From: Phoronis australis | Taxonomy: Eukaryota; Animalia; Phoronida | NCBI GenBank assembly: GCA_002633005.1 | Contig: NMRA01000212.1 | Location: 547,312-611,311 of the forward strand | Direction of reading: 5' to 3' | Length of the DNA stretch: 64,000 nt | Shown here: positions 52,801 to 64,000 of the stretch, piece by piece | Layout of the letters: each line of letters opens with the position of its first letter | Position numbering within the stretch: the first letter of the stretch is position 1 | Position numbers and translations under genes: made by a program | Notes under the pieces: model-generated | Told to the model about the DNA's origin: nothing | Databases searched by the model: none | Seen by the model: only the letters and a program-made list of their open reading frames with translations

Positions 52801-53156
52801 TCGAAAACATGTAGTTTATGAGAAGGATAATATAACGCTAACAGATGGAGATAATCTAATGACCTTTCGTGGTCTCCGTCTCGTGATTTTCATAGCCTAC
52901 AATACATTACTATATTACAAGTAGGCCTAATGCCCTACTGAATACAAGGCAGTAGTCTACTATGCGGCTAGCCCAATGTCTTGGACTTAATTTATCTCAT
53001 AGGGCTAGCCAATGCCAAAATTAAACATATCGAATTTCGTAACACGGTACGACTGTCTACTAGTAGTGGTAGGTCTACACCGATGTAAATCTACAACCTG
53101 TCAACGTTGTCTTCGCATGCACATTCGCCGCCACACATATCTCGTTTGCACGACAT
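40666..53156 (-). CDS. SCLY: Selenocysteine lyase (PLP-dependent class V/NifS-like), 11 coding exons, 416 aa
   Basis: Exons 53156-53098, 52023-51914, 51052-50952, 49832-49694, 49120-48993, 48061-47903, 46513-46407, 45055-44935, 43526-43427, 42045-41976, 40822-40666 join in phase (1251 nt). Motifs: [103 protein letters not shown] and FYGPRIG are SCLY-type rather than NFS1-type. Confidence 0.95.
41976..42045 (-). CDS. SCLY: SCLY exon 10 (YRVLSAC...[11 protein letters not shown], catalytic Cys)
   Basis: ctccag acceptor, GG|GTAAGT donor, GAACH active-site motif. Confidence 0.95.
42500..42692 (-). mobile_element. Degenerate tRNA-derived SINE remnant
   Basis: ggcagtgtgacttagtg head, gggttggagtcc B-box-like motif, then cccttgagtgaggtcttt core. 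Confidence 0.4.
43058..43258. repeat. ~31-bp minisatellite, about six copies
   Basis: ttgcacttag.aatagcctatcccacaattca repeated. Confidence 0.88.
43427..43526 (-). CDS. SCLY: SCLY exon 9 (AVFKEKV...[10 protein letters not shown]...LE)
   Basis: ttgcag acceptor; GC donor AAG|GCAAGT gives the required phase 1. Confidence 0.9.
44935..45055 (-). CDS. SCLY: SCLY exon 8 ([11 protein letters not shown]...[12 protein letters not shown])
   Basis: ttatag acceptor, CAG|GTGTGG donor. Confidence 0.93.
45800..46390. repeat. Compound (CA)n microsatellites at 45800-46065 and 46312-46390
   Basis: Directly visible; contains a 9-N gap. Confidence 0.9.
46407..46513 (-). CDS. SCLY: SCLY exon 7 ([11 protein letters not shown]...[11 protein letters not shown])
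   Basis: ttgcag acceptor, GG|GTGAGT donor. Confidence 0.95.
47903..48061 (-). CDS. SCLY: SCLY exon 6 (PVGEI...HTDAAQ...TIVGHK, PLP lysine)
   Basis: tttcag acceptor, AAG|GTCGGT donor, DAAQ and GHK motifs. Confidence 0.95.
48670..48882 (-). mobile_element. tRNA-derived SINE remnant
   Basis: A box TGGCTCAATGG and B box GGTTCAAATCC at tRNA spacing, without a complete cloverleaf, followed by unrelated body; 3' limit approximate. Confidence 0.6.
48993..49120 (-). CDS. SCLY: SCLY exon 5 (DVTFV...[11 protein letters not shown])
   Basis: ccacag acceptor, CAG|GTAAAG donor, NNETG motif. Confidence 0.95.
49694..49832 (-). CDS. SCLY: SCLY exon 4 (SNNMVF...[19 protein letters not shown])
   Basis: ttccag acceptor; GC donor CAG|GCAAGT gives the required phase 1. 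Confidence 0.9.
50952..51052 (-). CDS. SCLY: SCLY exon 3 ([15 protein letters not shown]...FTSGGTE)
   Basis: ttgtag acceptor, GAG|GTAAAG donor, FTSGGTE motif. Confidence 0.95.
51914..52023 (-). CDS. SCLY: SCLY exon 2 ([10 protein letters not shown]...[11 protein letters not shown])
   Basis: tttcag acceptor, G|GTATAT donor, NifS-family N-terminal motif. Confidence 0.95.
52028..52216. repeat. 46-bp minisatellite, four copies
   Basis: tataataacatgaacttgagatatcgtaccaacaata at 52031, 52077, 52123, 52169. Confidence 0.92.
53098..53156 (-). CDS. SCLY: SCLY exon 1 ([19 protein letters not shown])
   Basis: ATG in GAAAATGT context in a CpG-rich region; donor AG|GTTGTA gives phase 2, matching exon 2. 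Donor is weak and the peptide is not recognisably conserved. Confidence 0.6.
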
Positions 53157-53430
53157 TTTCCATTGCCGCGCCACACAGTGGGGATATTCGACACCACAAG
53201 GCGTCTCAGCCGTCAGGCTTGACGGCCTCACAAGTCTCCGTGTCCGGGTTCTTACTGACCGCAGGCGTCTAACGTCTGGTGTCAATCCCCAGGGGTTTAG
53301 CCACCTAGCTGAAGCTTGTTTACCCTTTTTCTACAAAATTTCACGTGAAAGGTCTGAGCACATCACCGGAGCTTGTCAGTTACGTGTCCAGAAAATGAGC
53401 CGGCCTCACTATTTTGTAGACGAGAGGGTA
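53157..53430. promoter_or_regulatory. SCLY promoter/5' region, possibly bidirectional
   Basis: CpG-enriched stretch directly upstream of the SCLY ATG; plus-strand GAAAATGAGC start and GTATGA donor at 53428. Confidence 0.45.
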
Positions 53431-54731
53431 TGAATTTCACTTTATTAAATTAATTGCCGAAAATCACTTGTCATGGGGCACGATAATAAAAGTGATGAAT
53501 GGAACTTTTAAAGTGTCATTTTATAAAGTAATGCTAGCATAGTGGTTTGAACCCCGGAATTTGTCAGTTAATCTCTGACAAGTCATAAGACTTTCGGTCT
53601 AAATTCTTTTTTAAAGTTATATCATCCAAATTCTGAAGACACATTTGTTTTGGGATAACCGTGAAATTTAAACCACCGGGGTCAGGAGTATAATCTCCAA
53701 GCTGGAAACTGAACTTGAAACTATTGTTTTAATGCTTTTTGGCGTCCCATTCAAGTTTCTTGGCTCAAGATTATTCTGTGCTCGAATAATTTTTTCTATG
53801 GTTGCTTTTTATTCTTTATTGAAGCCACAATCATGACAGTACAGTAATACAGCGATAGGCTAGTATTAGACATAAAATATGTCTTAATTAACGCAGGATG
53901 TAAATGCATAAGTGTAGTACTTTATAACAAAACATACACACACCATTCACACTGGAACCGTTTCTCGCCAAATGAATAGTTATTACATTATCAGACAAAA
54001 GGCCCTTCTACAGGGACTCACCCTTTTCTAAATTGTTCCAAATTCAAGTTCTTATGTAAATTACCTTTTCTATGTTATAATATTCAAGAATTTCATTTTC
54101 AACCATTCCAAAGGACGGCGTGTGGAATTTAACCTAGCTCTGTATATATGGCGTTTTCCAGTAAGCAAATAATAAGATTGATTACATCATGTCTGGCTCT
54201 CACTTTCCCCGGCGAAGATGACACCAACCAAGCTGGCGAGTATTTAGTCCAAATTAGCACTCGATTGTCCAGAGTAAAAAAAAACGAGATTTCCCTCGAG
54301 TAAAAACCTGAAATTTCGAGTTCAGGGACCCGTTCCAAGAAACTGACTTAAGTTCATTTTTGACTTAAGTTTATGATTTGTCTTAGCTAAGACAGTTTTC
54401 TGTATTTTTAATGCTGCGGTCATCAAGTGCAAACTATGGTTAGACAATCCATCCAGGTAAACCATACTGTACACACAGAGACACCCATCTTGATTGCATA
54501 GAGTAGAAGAACGGACGTCAAAAATAATTTCGAGTCGCATGGGCTTTCGACAGCGTTCAAGTGAATGCAGACCTGCATCAAAACATCGCACTGGCTACTT
54601 GTCCACCAGATGGCCTATCACGTTCAGCTCCCTTTGATGGCTGTCACAGAAAGGATCGGCAGTAGCAATTTTGAAACCAATTCATTAGAGTTAATCAGAC
54701 TATTTCATGACCGCTATAGGCGGAGAGTCTC

Positions 54732-54913
54732 CGACTGCGTGCTTGTGTGTGCGTGCGTGGGCATGTTTTACGACTGCGTGGTTGTGTGTGCGTGCGTGCG
54801 CATGTTTTACGACTGCATGCTTGTATGTGCGTGCGTGTGCATGTTTTACGACTGCGTGCTTGTGTGTGCGTGCGTGCGCATGTTTTACAACTGCGTGATT
54901 GTGTGTGCGTGCG
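54732..54913. repeat. 39-bp minisatellite, ~4.6 copies
   Basis: cgactgcgtgcttgtgtgtgcgtgcgtgcgcatgtttta at period 39. Confidence 0.92.
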
Positions 54914-56044
54914 ATCGCTGCCTTGTTGTGAAGGTTATTTATTCCTGCTTTATAATAAATCATAAAAACAACGGATTTTTTGTTTTATAGTTGTGGTCAA
55001 AGCTAATAACTTCAAAAAGTCGATCTCATCCAACAATAATCCAAAAAATGCGATTTCAGTCGTAAATCCATGACGCAATTTGTAAATCATTTAGTGTTTA
55101 AACCAACACTTGCAAGGTTTATCTTTTGTTATGAGTGTTTAGATTATCAAAACGAAATTTTTGAATGTTAAATTTCACGCGCCTACATCCAAAATAATGC
55201 GTTTAAAAACTATTTACTCAAGTGTTTCGCATGTAGGCGCATGTGCCTAAGTTTCGCTAATAGGCACAGATGGGCGTCTTTTGTATGGGCGCATACGTAG
55301 TGTGAATATAAGCACACGCATGTCATATTTAAAAGCGCATTTCGTCACATGTGCGAAACATTTTATGCAATTAGATTTGACAGCGCATTTCCTGGATCAT
55401 AACATAAGCAGTGACCTAACTTCTGGAGGATGTCTGGGGTGTGACACCTCCCAATAATTGTCGATTAAGTTGATTAAAAGGAGAAAAGGTTGGGCAAGGA
55501 AAGAAAATTTGGACAATTAGTTAATTCAAATAATTACAAATTTCCAGTGTTGAAAAAAGTGGTTACATGTGGACTCTGTTCGTTATAAATTTGCCCTACC
55601 CTGTAACTGCGGGTTTTCTAGGCATGAATTAAATGTTTTAGGTACCGCTTGAAAATGAAAGAAGTACTGTTTCGCTCTAGAATATGATCGTCAAGTTCAC
55701 GGCCACTATCGTGGTAACGTTTTAGTTCCGCGTCGTACTCAAGAGCCTCTCTTACTTATTAGGTGCAGATCAACTCATTTCAGCAATTACGTATTGAATG
55801 TTCACGAAGCAGAATTGTCTGTGAAAAAGTAAGAGGTAACGCAATTTTTAATGAAGCATATTTTGAATCAATGAAATGACAGTATGACAGCTTCTGGAGG
55901 CGAGTTGAAGTAATCTCTTTACAGAGGTTTATGTCGTGTTGAGCGTGTCGATAATATATCTTTGTACTTGGCGCAACTCAAGTTAGAGTAACTACACACA
56001 CAGAAAATGCGTTCATGCACGTGTCCATGAAAAAAATTCTTACC

Positions 56045-56344
56045 ACTGTATGTAACTGCAGGTGATAATTACTTCCGCCCTACCCCACTTTTGCGGCCAC
56101 ACAGCGATTACTGAGTGGTACAAGTTACCCAGGAACAAATTACCCCACCTCGATACAAACTGTCACAAGTGGGATAACTTGCGCAGTTTAAATAGCGTCC
56201 AGACAACACTCAAACTTAGCGACAACTCGTTCCAGGAGTAACCGTTGTTCTAGAGTAAGTCAGTGTGTGGACGGCACTTAATTCCTGTGTGGCCACAAAC
56301 CTGGGGCAAGGCGGAAGTAACTATCAGTTGCGGTTACATACACT
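56045..56344. mobile_element. MITE-like element with ~60-bp imperfect TIRs
   Basis: tgtatgtaac..gata.ttacttccgcc..cccca..ggccacacag is mirrored at 56285-56342. Confidence 0.65.
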
Positions 56345-59300
56345 CTCTTGCGAGCCGCACTCGCATTAGGTGTTCATTGTCACGCGCGCAGCGACAATTT
56401 CCGTCTTACCCTAGTTATCGGATACATGCGTGTGGGGACGCTCTACTTAAAAGTGGGATAAGGTTGTTCTAAGGTAGGCTGTGTGTGGACGGAACTTCTG
56501 TGACCTGTCCACTCACATATTTTGTGTCCTGTTTTTGAAATAAGATTACGCCGGCATTCTCGATTGCTGAAACAAAATAATTGAAATAGTGTGAAACACG
56601 AAAACAAACCGCTGTGTGTACCTTGTAGAGGCCACTTGACGTGCTCATGCGCATGCGTACCGTTACAACCTGAAATGATTAGGTTTGACAAAGCGCGTGA
56701 AGGAAATATTTCGTTGAGGCTCGGGGCTATGCCAATCAAAGGGATGGGACTTTCAAAGACAATTTCCCGTTGCAACAAAACTCTACAAAAGGTTTGATCC
56801 ATTATTTCTGTTTTGGAGTTGTTTGCTCAAATTTAATATAATAAATCAGCATAGCGGGGTTAAAATTACACCACCCCCCACAAAAGGGTTGTGTAATTGA
56901 AAATTCTATACCATACCTTTGACGAAAGAGAATGTGTTCAATAAGGTTTTCTCCAAATTCTTACTAAATTAAGATTGAAAATGGAGAGACACTGAGCAAC
57001 GTGCCAGATATCCAAGCCAGAGTACTGCCACAGAAGACGTGTACAGGAGTTCCTACTAAGACGGGGGACCCTTACTACCAATTTACCTGTGAAAGAGCAC
57101 TTTTCTGATTTAAATACCCTACGCAAGAGCTAAAAACTCCACAAATAGTCATTTTCTTACTACGAAAAGTCTACAGAAGGATTTTGATATTTCCAAATCT
57201 TTGATTGCAAAAGACATACTTATTTTTGACAACTTGGCATCTCTTTGTTGTACTGCGGATATTATAGGCTTGCTGGGTAAAAAAGACAGCGGAACCAGAT
57301 TCCCCACGAAGGCTCTACAAAAAGGGACGTCATGGTGTTTCTAGATCAAAATTCTATGGAAGGTTGGCCTTTTCATGGAAGCTCCCAACGAGTCTCTTGA
57401 GTACACCATAAATGGTTCGGCATCCTCATCTTTCAGTTGCACCGTCGAGTACTCCTGGGGTCCGTTTTTCTCACTTGGGTATTCTACTCCAGGCCGGTCT
57501 TAGGTATAAGGCACTGAAGCACAAGCAGCCGGGACGTTCCAGAGTGGTTAACATTAATAAAAATTGTTTCTCTGTGTTATTTTATGTTCACCGCGCACAT
57601 AATTTTCAAGTTAACGCTATTTAGCAATCACTGGAAATGGAAAATGAGTTGATTTAGATCCAATGTGAAATATCATTATTCGAGTGTAGATGCCGTCAGA
57701 CAGGTTGCGGGACGGAATGACGATCGTTTTGGAAAGAGCGTGTCACGTCCGTAAATCTACATTGAAATGTTGCAACTGTGTTTTCAAAAAACCACTGTTT
57801 AATGGCCTTAGTTCACTGCCGGCCTCAAGAAGTCAATAACGCCTGTACTTTTACTAATGGCAGGGCTACGTAAGTAGCACCTCGGCCTACACCGATGTTC
57901 GCTTTAATTAGGGTAATATTTTCGCGCCAATATTTGAGCATTCACCAAAGTATACAGCTCGATTTATATAATACAATATAGATATAATACTGTTCTATTA
58001 TATTTCACGCGGTCATTATAGCTCTGCGCGAGCACGTGACACGCCTAACTCTTTCAAGAACGACCCGCTACCGAGTCCGCTATTGAATGCACTGCGTAGT
58101 CCACCCAAATAGCCATATAAAGTTTTTCGATATTGCTCAAAAGTAATCAAAAGCTTTTCTACGCTATTGTTTGCTTTACCGAATTTACGATTATGGGCCG
58201 TATTTGTTCAGCGCATGTGTTTGTATAGCGCGCATAGTGTTCAACCACTCTTGCCCCGGGATCATTTAATTCAAGGTAGTTTAAGTGGACGGACACCTTT
58301 GTCGATCACGGCGTGGCGAAGAGTTCATGTGTTTTACAGCATTTTCAGGGTACTCTGTAAGATCAACTTTCAGGTAAAATTGTTTTGTAGAAAGAATTCG
58401 TCGCGTTTCGACTAATTTTGTACGTGTTAGTACAACTGACGAAACGAGACCGTACATTTTAAGTTATCAATATGACAAGCTAGTTGATCGACGGCATCTT
58501 GTAAAGTTGGTTGTTGAGCTAACGTTATGGGTATTCCTGGCTCCCGTGAAGCGAAAGCGTCAGTTTTGCGGATACAGGCTTAACGTTATCTTCATTTTCT
58601 GTAGCTTATCAATTTCTCATTCTACGTCACCTTAATCCCAATGGCAGCCACTTGTATATCAATTCGTAATTTTTATTTCTCCTATCGCTTCTTATGGTCA
58701 CAGAAATGTTCGTGTGTATTTACTCTCCATACAATATCATGTGGAATTCGCAGTAGAGTGTCTGTATGTCAAATCTCGTACGCTGATGCAATTTCAGTGG
58801 ATCGAGATGAATGATAGCACTCGGGTTTTCTTATGGATTCTTTATCCAACTTTTAGAATCACCAGCATTTGCGCGTAAAATTGAACAACCGCCGGGCATC
58901 CAGAGTGCAAGAGTCGGAGGTCACTGTTTCGCGACGATAAAGCGCGAAACTCAAATAGCGTCATGGAAGACTGCCTAAAACAAACGGCTTATCGAAGTCT
59001 TGGGCGGGATTTATCAAATATTTGCAGGAAACTGCTGAGCAAGTCTTCGGCAAATTCTTGGCATGGTTTGTTTTCCATAGCCACTGACCTTATCAGATTT
59101 TTTCTTTGCTATCAGATTAAATTGGCAGCTTTTCAGTTCAACGTCGTAATTGATTATTTAACGACGAAGTGCAATGTTGTCCGCAGCATTTAATAAAATG
59201 TTGTCTACGTTTTACACTTGTGAATAGGCGGGGACGCTAACGGCCAAGGGGTAAGTTAGACCAGGTATCCGAATTGAAGCTGTTGTAAACTTAGTAATTA

Positions 59301-62300
59301 ATAGGTATTTGTGTAACGGTTTTCTAGGCAATGAACTAATGAAAACGTATTGTTGTGCACACACTTACAATAAATTACATTATTCTCATCAAGTTGACCG
59401 TGTTTTTCTTTTATAGCACGCTTTGAAAAAACTTTATACATAAACACCTCAATTTTGCCTATCACAACATTTGGCCACTAACCAACTTGATTGCTTTAAT
59501 AATCGCTTAGCGTTCTTTTATTCGGAATGTTTTGCTTCCACTTAAACTATGTGCGCGTATAACCTACTACGTTTTGTGGGGGGTTCTATAGAAAGAAAAT
59601 ATCCCGCATTGTGCGTGTGTACACCATTGTTCTTAAATCTATAAGGCGGGCGAGCATTGCAAGCGATTGAATATAGACTTCTAGCTGCCAAGCAAGTAAA
59701 AGCTTCTCTGCTGAGGTTGTGATGGGAGCAATGTTTTACGATTACTGAGATATTGCACTCGTCCCGGCCTGCGTAGGATAGCTCTCGACATAGCAAGTAC
59801 ATTAGCTGGTCTACTAAATGATCAATATGTTTGCTGAGAACAGGTTCGACATGAGAGCAATAGTTGATATTATAATACCATTGCACTCGTCTCGGTCTGC
59901 TCTGAGCAAGCGTTTTCAGCGGTCACAGCTTGCATACCGCCACCCCCACTAACAGCCCTGTGGAAACTCTCGAATCATCGTTACCTGTGCTGCTGCAGTC
60001 GACTTCTGGAGTATCCTACATTACTCTGAAAACACGACGCTAAAAAAACGTAGGCATGTGACCTAATGTCTTTTGAGGTGCACCAGGCAAACTTTTATAC
60101 GCCGCAAAGCCGTTGCAGTAATCATTCAATTACATCTATATATCTAAAACACTCTAAGGTGCACTTAATCTAAATTTAAGACAATTAAAAAGCATGGAAA
60201 AATGCGATTACGTATAAATTTCCAATCTCATTCAAAGGCTTACCCGACGGGAGGTGTGAGCACATCTGACGTTGGTGTCGAGGATGCCTTCTGAAAGGGC
60301 CCATGGAGGTCGTGGTCTGTGCAAACTACTTTTCTCAGTTAGATTGCACTCGTCCCGGCCTGCGGTAAGCCTCTATAAACACCGGCCTGCAGTCAGCGCA
60401 CGACATACATGGAGAGTGTTGAGAACAGAGCTCCAGCATGAAAGAAATCACGGCAAGAGAATGGTTTGTATAGTATCTGAGGCGCGTTTCATAGACGCAA
60501 GAAACTCACAGGTAGAGCATGTCTGATCACGTGCTTCGTCTGTAATGCATGGCGACATCTTCTAAGGACTTTAGTGATCTCGCTTTTCTCGCAAGAAACA
60601 GTGGTTCGGAACTACTTTTTGCAATCGGAACTTGACTCGAAAAACTGTGCAAATTGCACATCATGCTTCAAATAACCTCACAAATTTGACTCAAATAATA
60701 CGGCATGGTTGACTAATTAAACTTATTCCGTGTTTAAACCATCAGATGAGAAGTGACTTCGGGGTTTTCAATGAACTGGCAGTTTGTTATTCCCTAAGTC
60801 CATGTTCTGCATGTAAAATGACACGCTGTAACAAGCAAACCTGTGTAGCCATGAAACAATGCGCTGCTAGTTCTGTCGGAGCCCTGAAATCAACTCTGTA
60901 AGTCAAAAGTTTTGTGTTGGAAGGCGGTTTTATAGCGTCGAATTTGAGCCTAAGTTGAGTCAGAGTTAGGAGATTAACTCAGCCACGATTTTGAGCGGAG
61001 AAGCACTTATTCAAAAGATAACGGGAATTACCGAAGGCGAGGGAGGGGNGGGCAAGCAAGTATTGAATTCGTCCATGTCCTCAATAATTTTGCATTCCTA
61101 CAGGCGCAAGCCCCGTTTTAGACAATTAACAGATACTAACTATCTCCAGAAACACTTTGAAGTGACAAATGCAGTAACAAAATATTTTTCAGTGCTATTC
61201 GTTAACCTGAAAAGTTCGGAGCAAGTTTGGAAACTAATAGAGCTACCATTCAAGTCCAATAAAACATTAAGCCATGCGAACACGTTGGGTGAGTTAAAGA
61301 GAGTTATCGGCGAGAAAAGTATTTTTCTAAAATGAGCCGTAGTGTGGAATCGAACCAGCTGCTTCCAAACTTTCAGTTTAACAGTATACCGCTGAACCTG
61401 AGTCCCTTACGAAACGCGAAAACTCGCAACTGCCTTTTAACAGATCGTAGCCAATCTACTGCTAACGTGAGAGTTATTCACTTTGAATACTGAAAGAATT
61501 GATTCACTATTTTTGAAAGAAAGAAGAAACGTAAATACTTTGATCCAAAGCAGTTTTAAATTCTCCGCCTCTAATAATATATATGTGCGCATGCGCTCAA
61601 AGAAGTCCGACTGGCTGCTGCTTGAAATTGGCATTCTTTTGTTTACATCAAAGGACAAAGGTCACATTTCCATATAAGGAGAATGTGCTACGTCTACGTC
61701 TTGCCAACACAGATAATGAGACGCACTTTGCCTAGCAGGAAAAAAATCAACAAAGTGACGAGCAGTGGTGTTTGGAAATTTGAAACTAAAGGAAAATACC
61801 TTAACATCAACAGACAATCAAAATCTTTACGAACAAACGTAAAAATACCTGGTAAACAGTTCAAGTTTTATTTCAATGGCCGAGAACCACTTCGAATAAT
61901 GCAATTTAGTCTGTTTTTCACGCTCTATGCCACCTTGAATGGAAAGACATTTTAAACTTACCTAAATAGTAAATATTTCAGCGAATGTCTTGCAGACAAC
62001 GGCGAATATTGATGACTTGTGTTGGGATCACAAAAATACAAGGGATTTTGTTTTTGTAGCTCTGTTCTGAGCTAATAGCTTCAAAAAGTCTATCCCATCC
62101 AAATATAATATCAAAAATACGTTTTCCGGCCATAAAAACAATAATGTTCCTTTAATATATGATTGCGGAGAAAGACATCAATCAGATCAAAATTTTGACA
62201 CGATGAAGAAAAGGTTCAATGGATATTTCTTTTTTTCTCTCAGAAACGTACCAATTGTGAAACAGAAGGTGCACATCACAATATAGTGTCTGGTCGAAGA

Positions 62301-62624
62301 CCCGTATACAAAGACGCCTATGATGAAGTATGTTTCACGTTATTAGTTCATCTAAGGGACATTCCAGTAAACCTCAAATGCATTTACATATATCAATGTC
62401 GATTAGATCACCTAAATCTGTATTTCGCCTTGCGTAGCTTGTGGAAAACGAAAATCAAACGGTCTTTTACCAATCGGTCTCATAATATTCCAGACAGGGG
62501 TCTATTTCCGTTATTAACAAGAACATCATAACCCTCAGCGACTCTAGAAAATGTTTTCAGTCAATTCGAAAATGGTGCATGTGTAAGTACGCATTGTCTG
62601 TGTCTTGAGAAAGTAACATTATGA

Positions 62625-63105
62625 ATTCTGATTTTATGAGAATAAAAGGCCCAATTCGATTTTTAGCAAGCTGAACAGGGCGAAATGTAATTTTAAACTT
62701 TGAAACAAAAGGGTTTCTCAAGCTTCCGTAGCCGTAACAGGATTACAATTTTTTTGGAAATTCCTTAAAAGTACAGTACAGTTTGTTTAAAGGTACCGGC
62801 ACGAAATCACGGCTGGTTTGGGCCTTGGGAACTTCAACCAACGCCTATCCAGCTGCTCTGCAACTTTCAAAATCATTGCAAGGATAAACCGAGAATTACA
62901 CTTGAATAGACAATGAGTAAGTATATACCATTCAAAGTTCTTCGAATATTATGATTTATGAATCTGCCTAATTCGACTTTTTAGCCAGCTGAACAGGGAG
63001 AAAGGTAGTTTTAAACATTGAAACAAAAGGATTTCTGCAAGCTTCCTCAGCCGTCAAAGGCTGAGAAATTTTTAAAACTCCTTACATGTTTTGTTTAAAG
63101 GTACA
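62625..63105 (+). repeat. Diverged ~170-bp direct repeat pair
   Basis: aattcga.ttttagc.agctgaacaggg.gaaa...tgaaacaaaagg.tttct..aagcttcc near 62653 and 62970; related sequence near 33025. Confidence 0.7.
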
Positions 63106-64000
63106 GTAAATCCTGTTTTGGGATTTCAACCAACACCAGATAAACTAGGCAATTTATCGTAATAGTCCAACATTCGACGAACAGACGGAACCGGGAGAGT
63201 TACAACCAAACACATTCCCTTGCAAATGCACCATTGACGTCCCATTTGAGTGATAGAAGCAGGATTCAAGTAAAAACACAAACTCACTGTGTCACTGACT
63301 GAATGGATATCATGGCTCTTGGTGGGTATTATCATTCCTTACACTTGTCGTGTAACTCGTCTAAAGCGTACCGGTATCTTGTCGCACTTGCCCGTTTAGC
63401 AGAATTTGTAAGAATTTGTAACTTTTGCTCCATTCCAAAACGTTTGACGAGGATTATATAGGGATATTTTTGTTTTAGGGAGTTGTATCGGAAATTCGTT
63501 GCTCATGTTTGCGTAAAGAGGCCAAAAGTGGGTTTGATATCCTTATAAGTCGGCAAACGTAGATATCAGTGGGTTTGTGACACCGTACATCTTGAGATGC
63601 AGTTGGGAATAATTCTAGCAGAGGAATGTTTTTATTTCTCAGAGGAGGTACAATAGCAGTGGCGGGGACAGGGGTGCGTTTCGTAGACCCGAAAATTTCG
63701 CACAAAAACGCAATATTACGCAAGATGTCGGCATGTCTTAAAAGTGAAACACTAGCCTCCTACGCGAGATTCTCCTGAGTGAAATCGCCAAGGTTTATTG
63801 TCTATTCACTGCTTCCACGAATTCGCCACTATGCTTGAAAACGAGTGTTGCGTCCAAACCACGCTTGTTCGATACAAGAGTCGTCATTTTCCGTACGAAG
63901 TTTTCTCACATGACCTGAAAAGTGTTACCGTTGTTTAATAAAACGTACGTAATTTTTTTATATTACATGGGCGAATCACAAAGTAATGCATAGTAGAAAT

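Noticed and set aside
40666-53156. Assignment as NFS1 cysteine desulfurase
   Set aside because: Lacks the SSGSACTS and ISGHK motifs and a mitochondrial presequence; GAACH, IVGHKFYGPRIG and the exon pattern fit SCLY.
61330-61410. tRNA (possibly tRNA-Sec) gene on the minus strand
   Set aside because: Only a T-arm/B-box-like TGGTTCGATTCCAC; no acceptor or anticodon stem; probably a SINE head remnant.
57600-64000. Short ORFs in the last 6 kb
   Set aside because: No recognisable domains or consistent exon chain; the region contains degenerate repeats (e.g. ttgcactcgtcccggcctgcg near 59753 and 60344).

Overview
AT-rich, repeat-laden draft genomic DNA from an invertebrate animal, with three N gaps; it is not prokaryotic, and most ORF-track entries are spurious. 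Two spliced genes converge tail-to-tail. (1) A complete 11-exon selenocysteine lyase (SCLY, 416 aa, minus strand, 53156-40666) that needs two GC-AG introns and has Pro where mammalian SCLY has the selenium-specificity Asp146. (2) Six exons (24980-37751, plus strand) of a UPF0658/DUF7789-like polytopic membrane protein whose N-terminal exon(s) I could not find; a diverged copy of its 3' end lies at positions 1-285. The rest is mobile and repetitive DNA: fused, oppositely oriented Gypsy fragments, LINE fragments, a Kolobok derivative with THAP sequence inside its TIRs, Helentron/DINE-like elements carrying CTCF-like motifs, MITEs with 5-bp TSDs, tRNA-derived SINEs and tandem repeats. One ~178-bp array has recombinase-site-like palindromes whose asymmetric spacer alternates in orientation. 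All calls come from manual reading; no database search was run.
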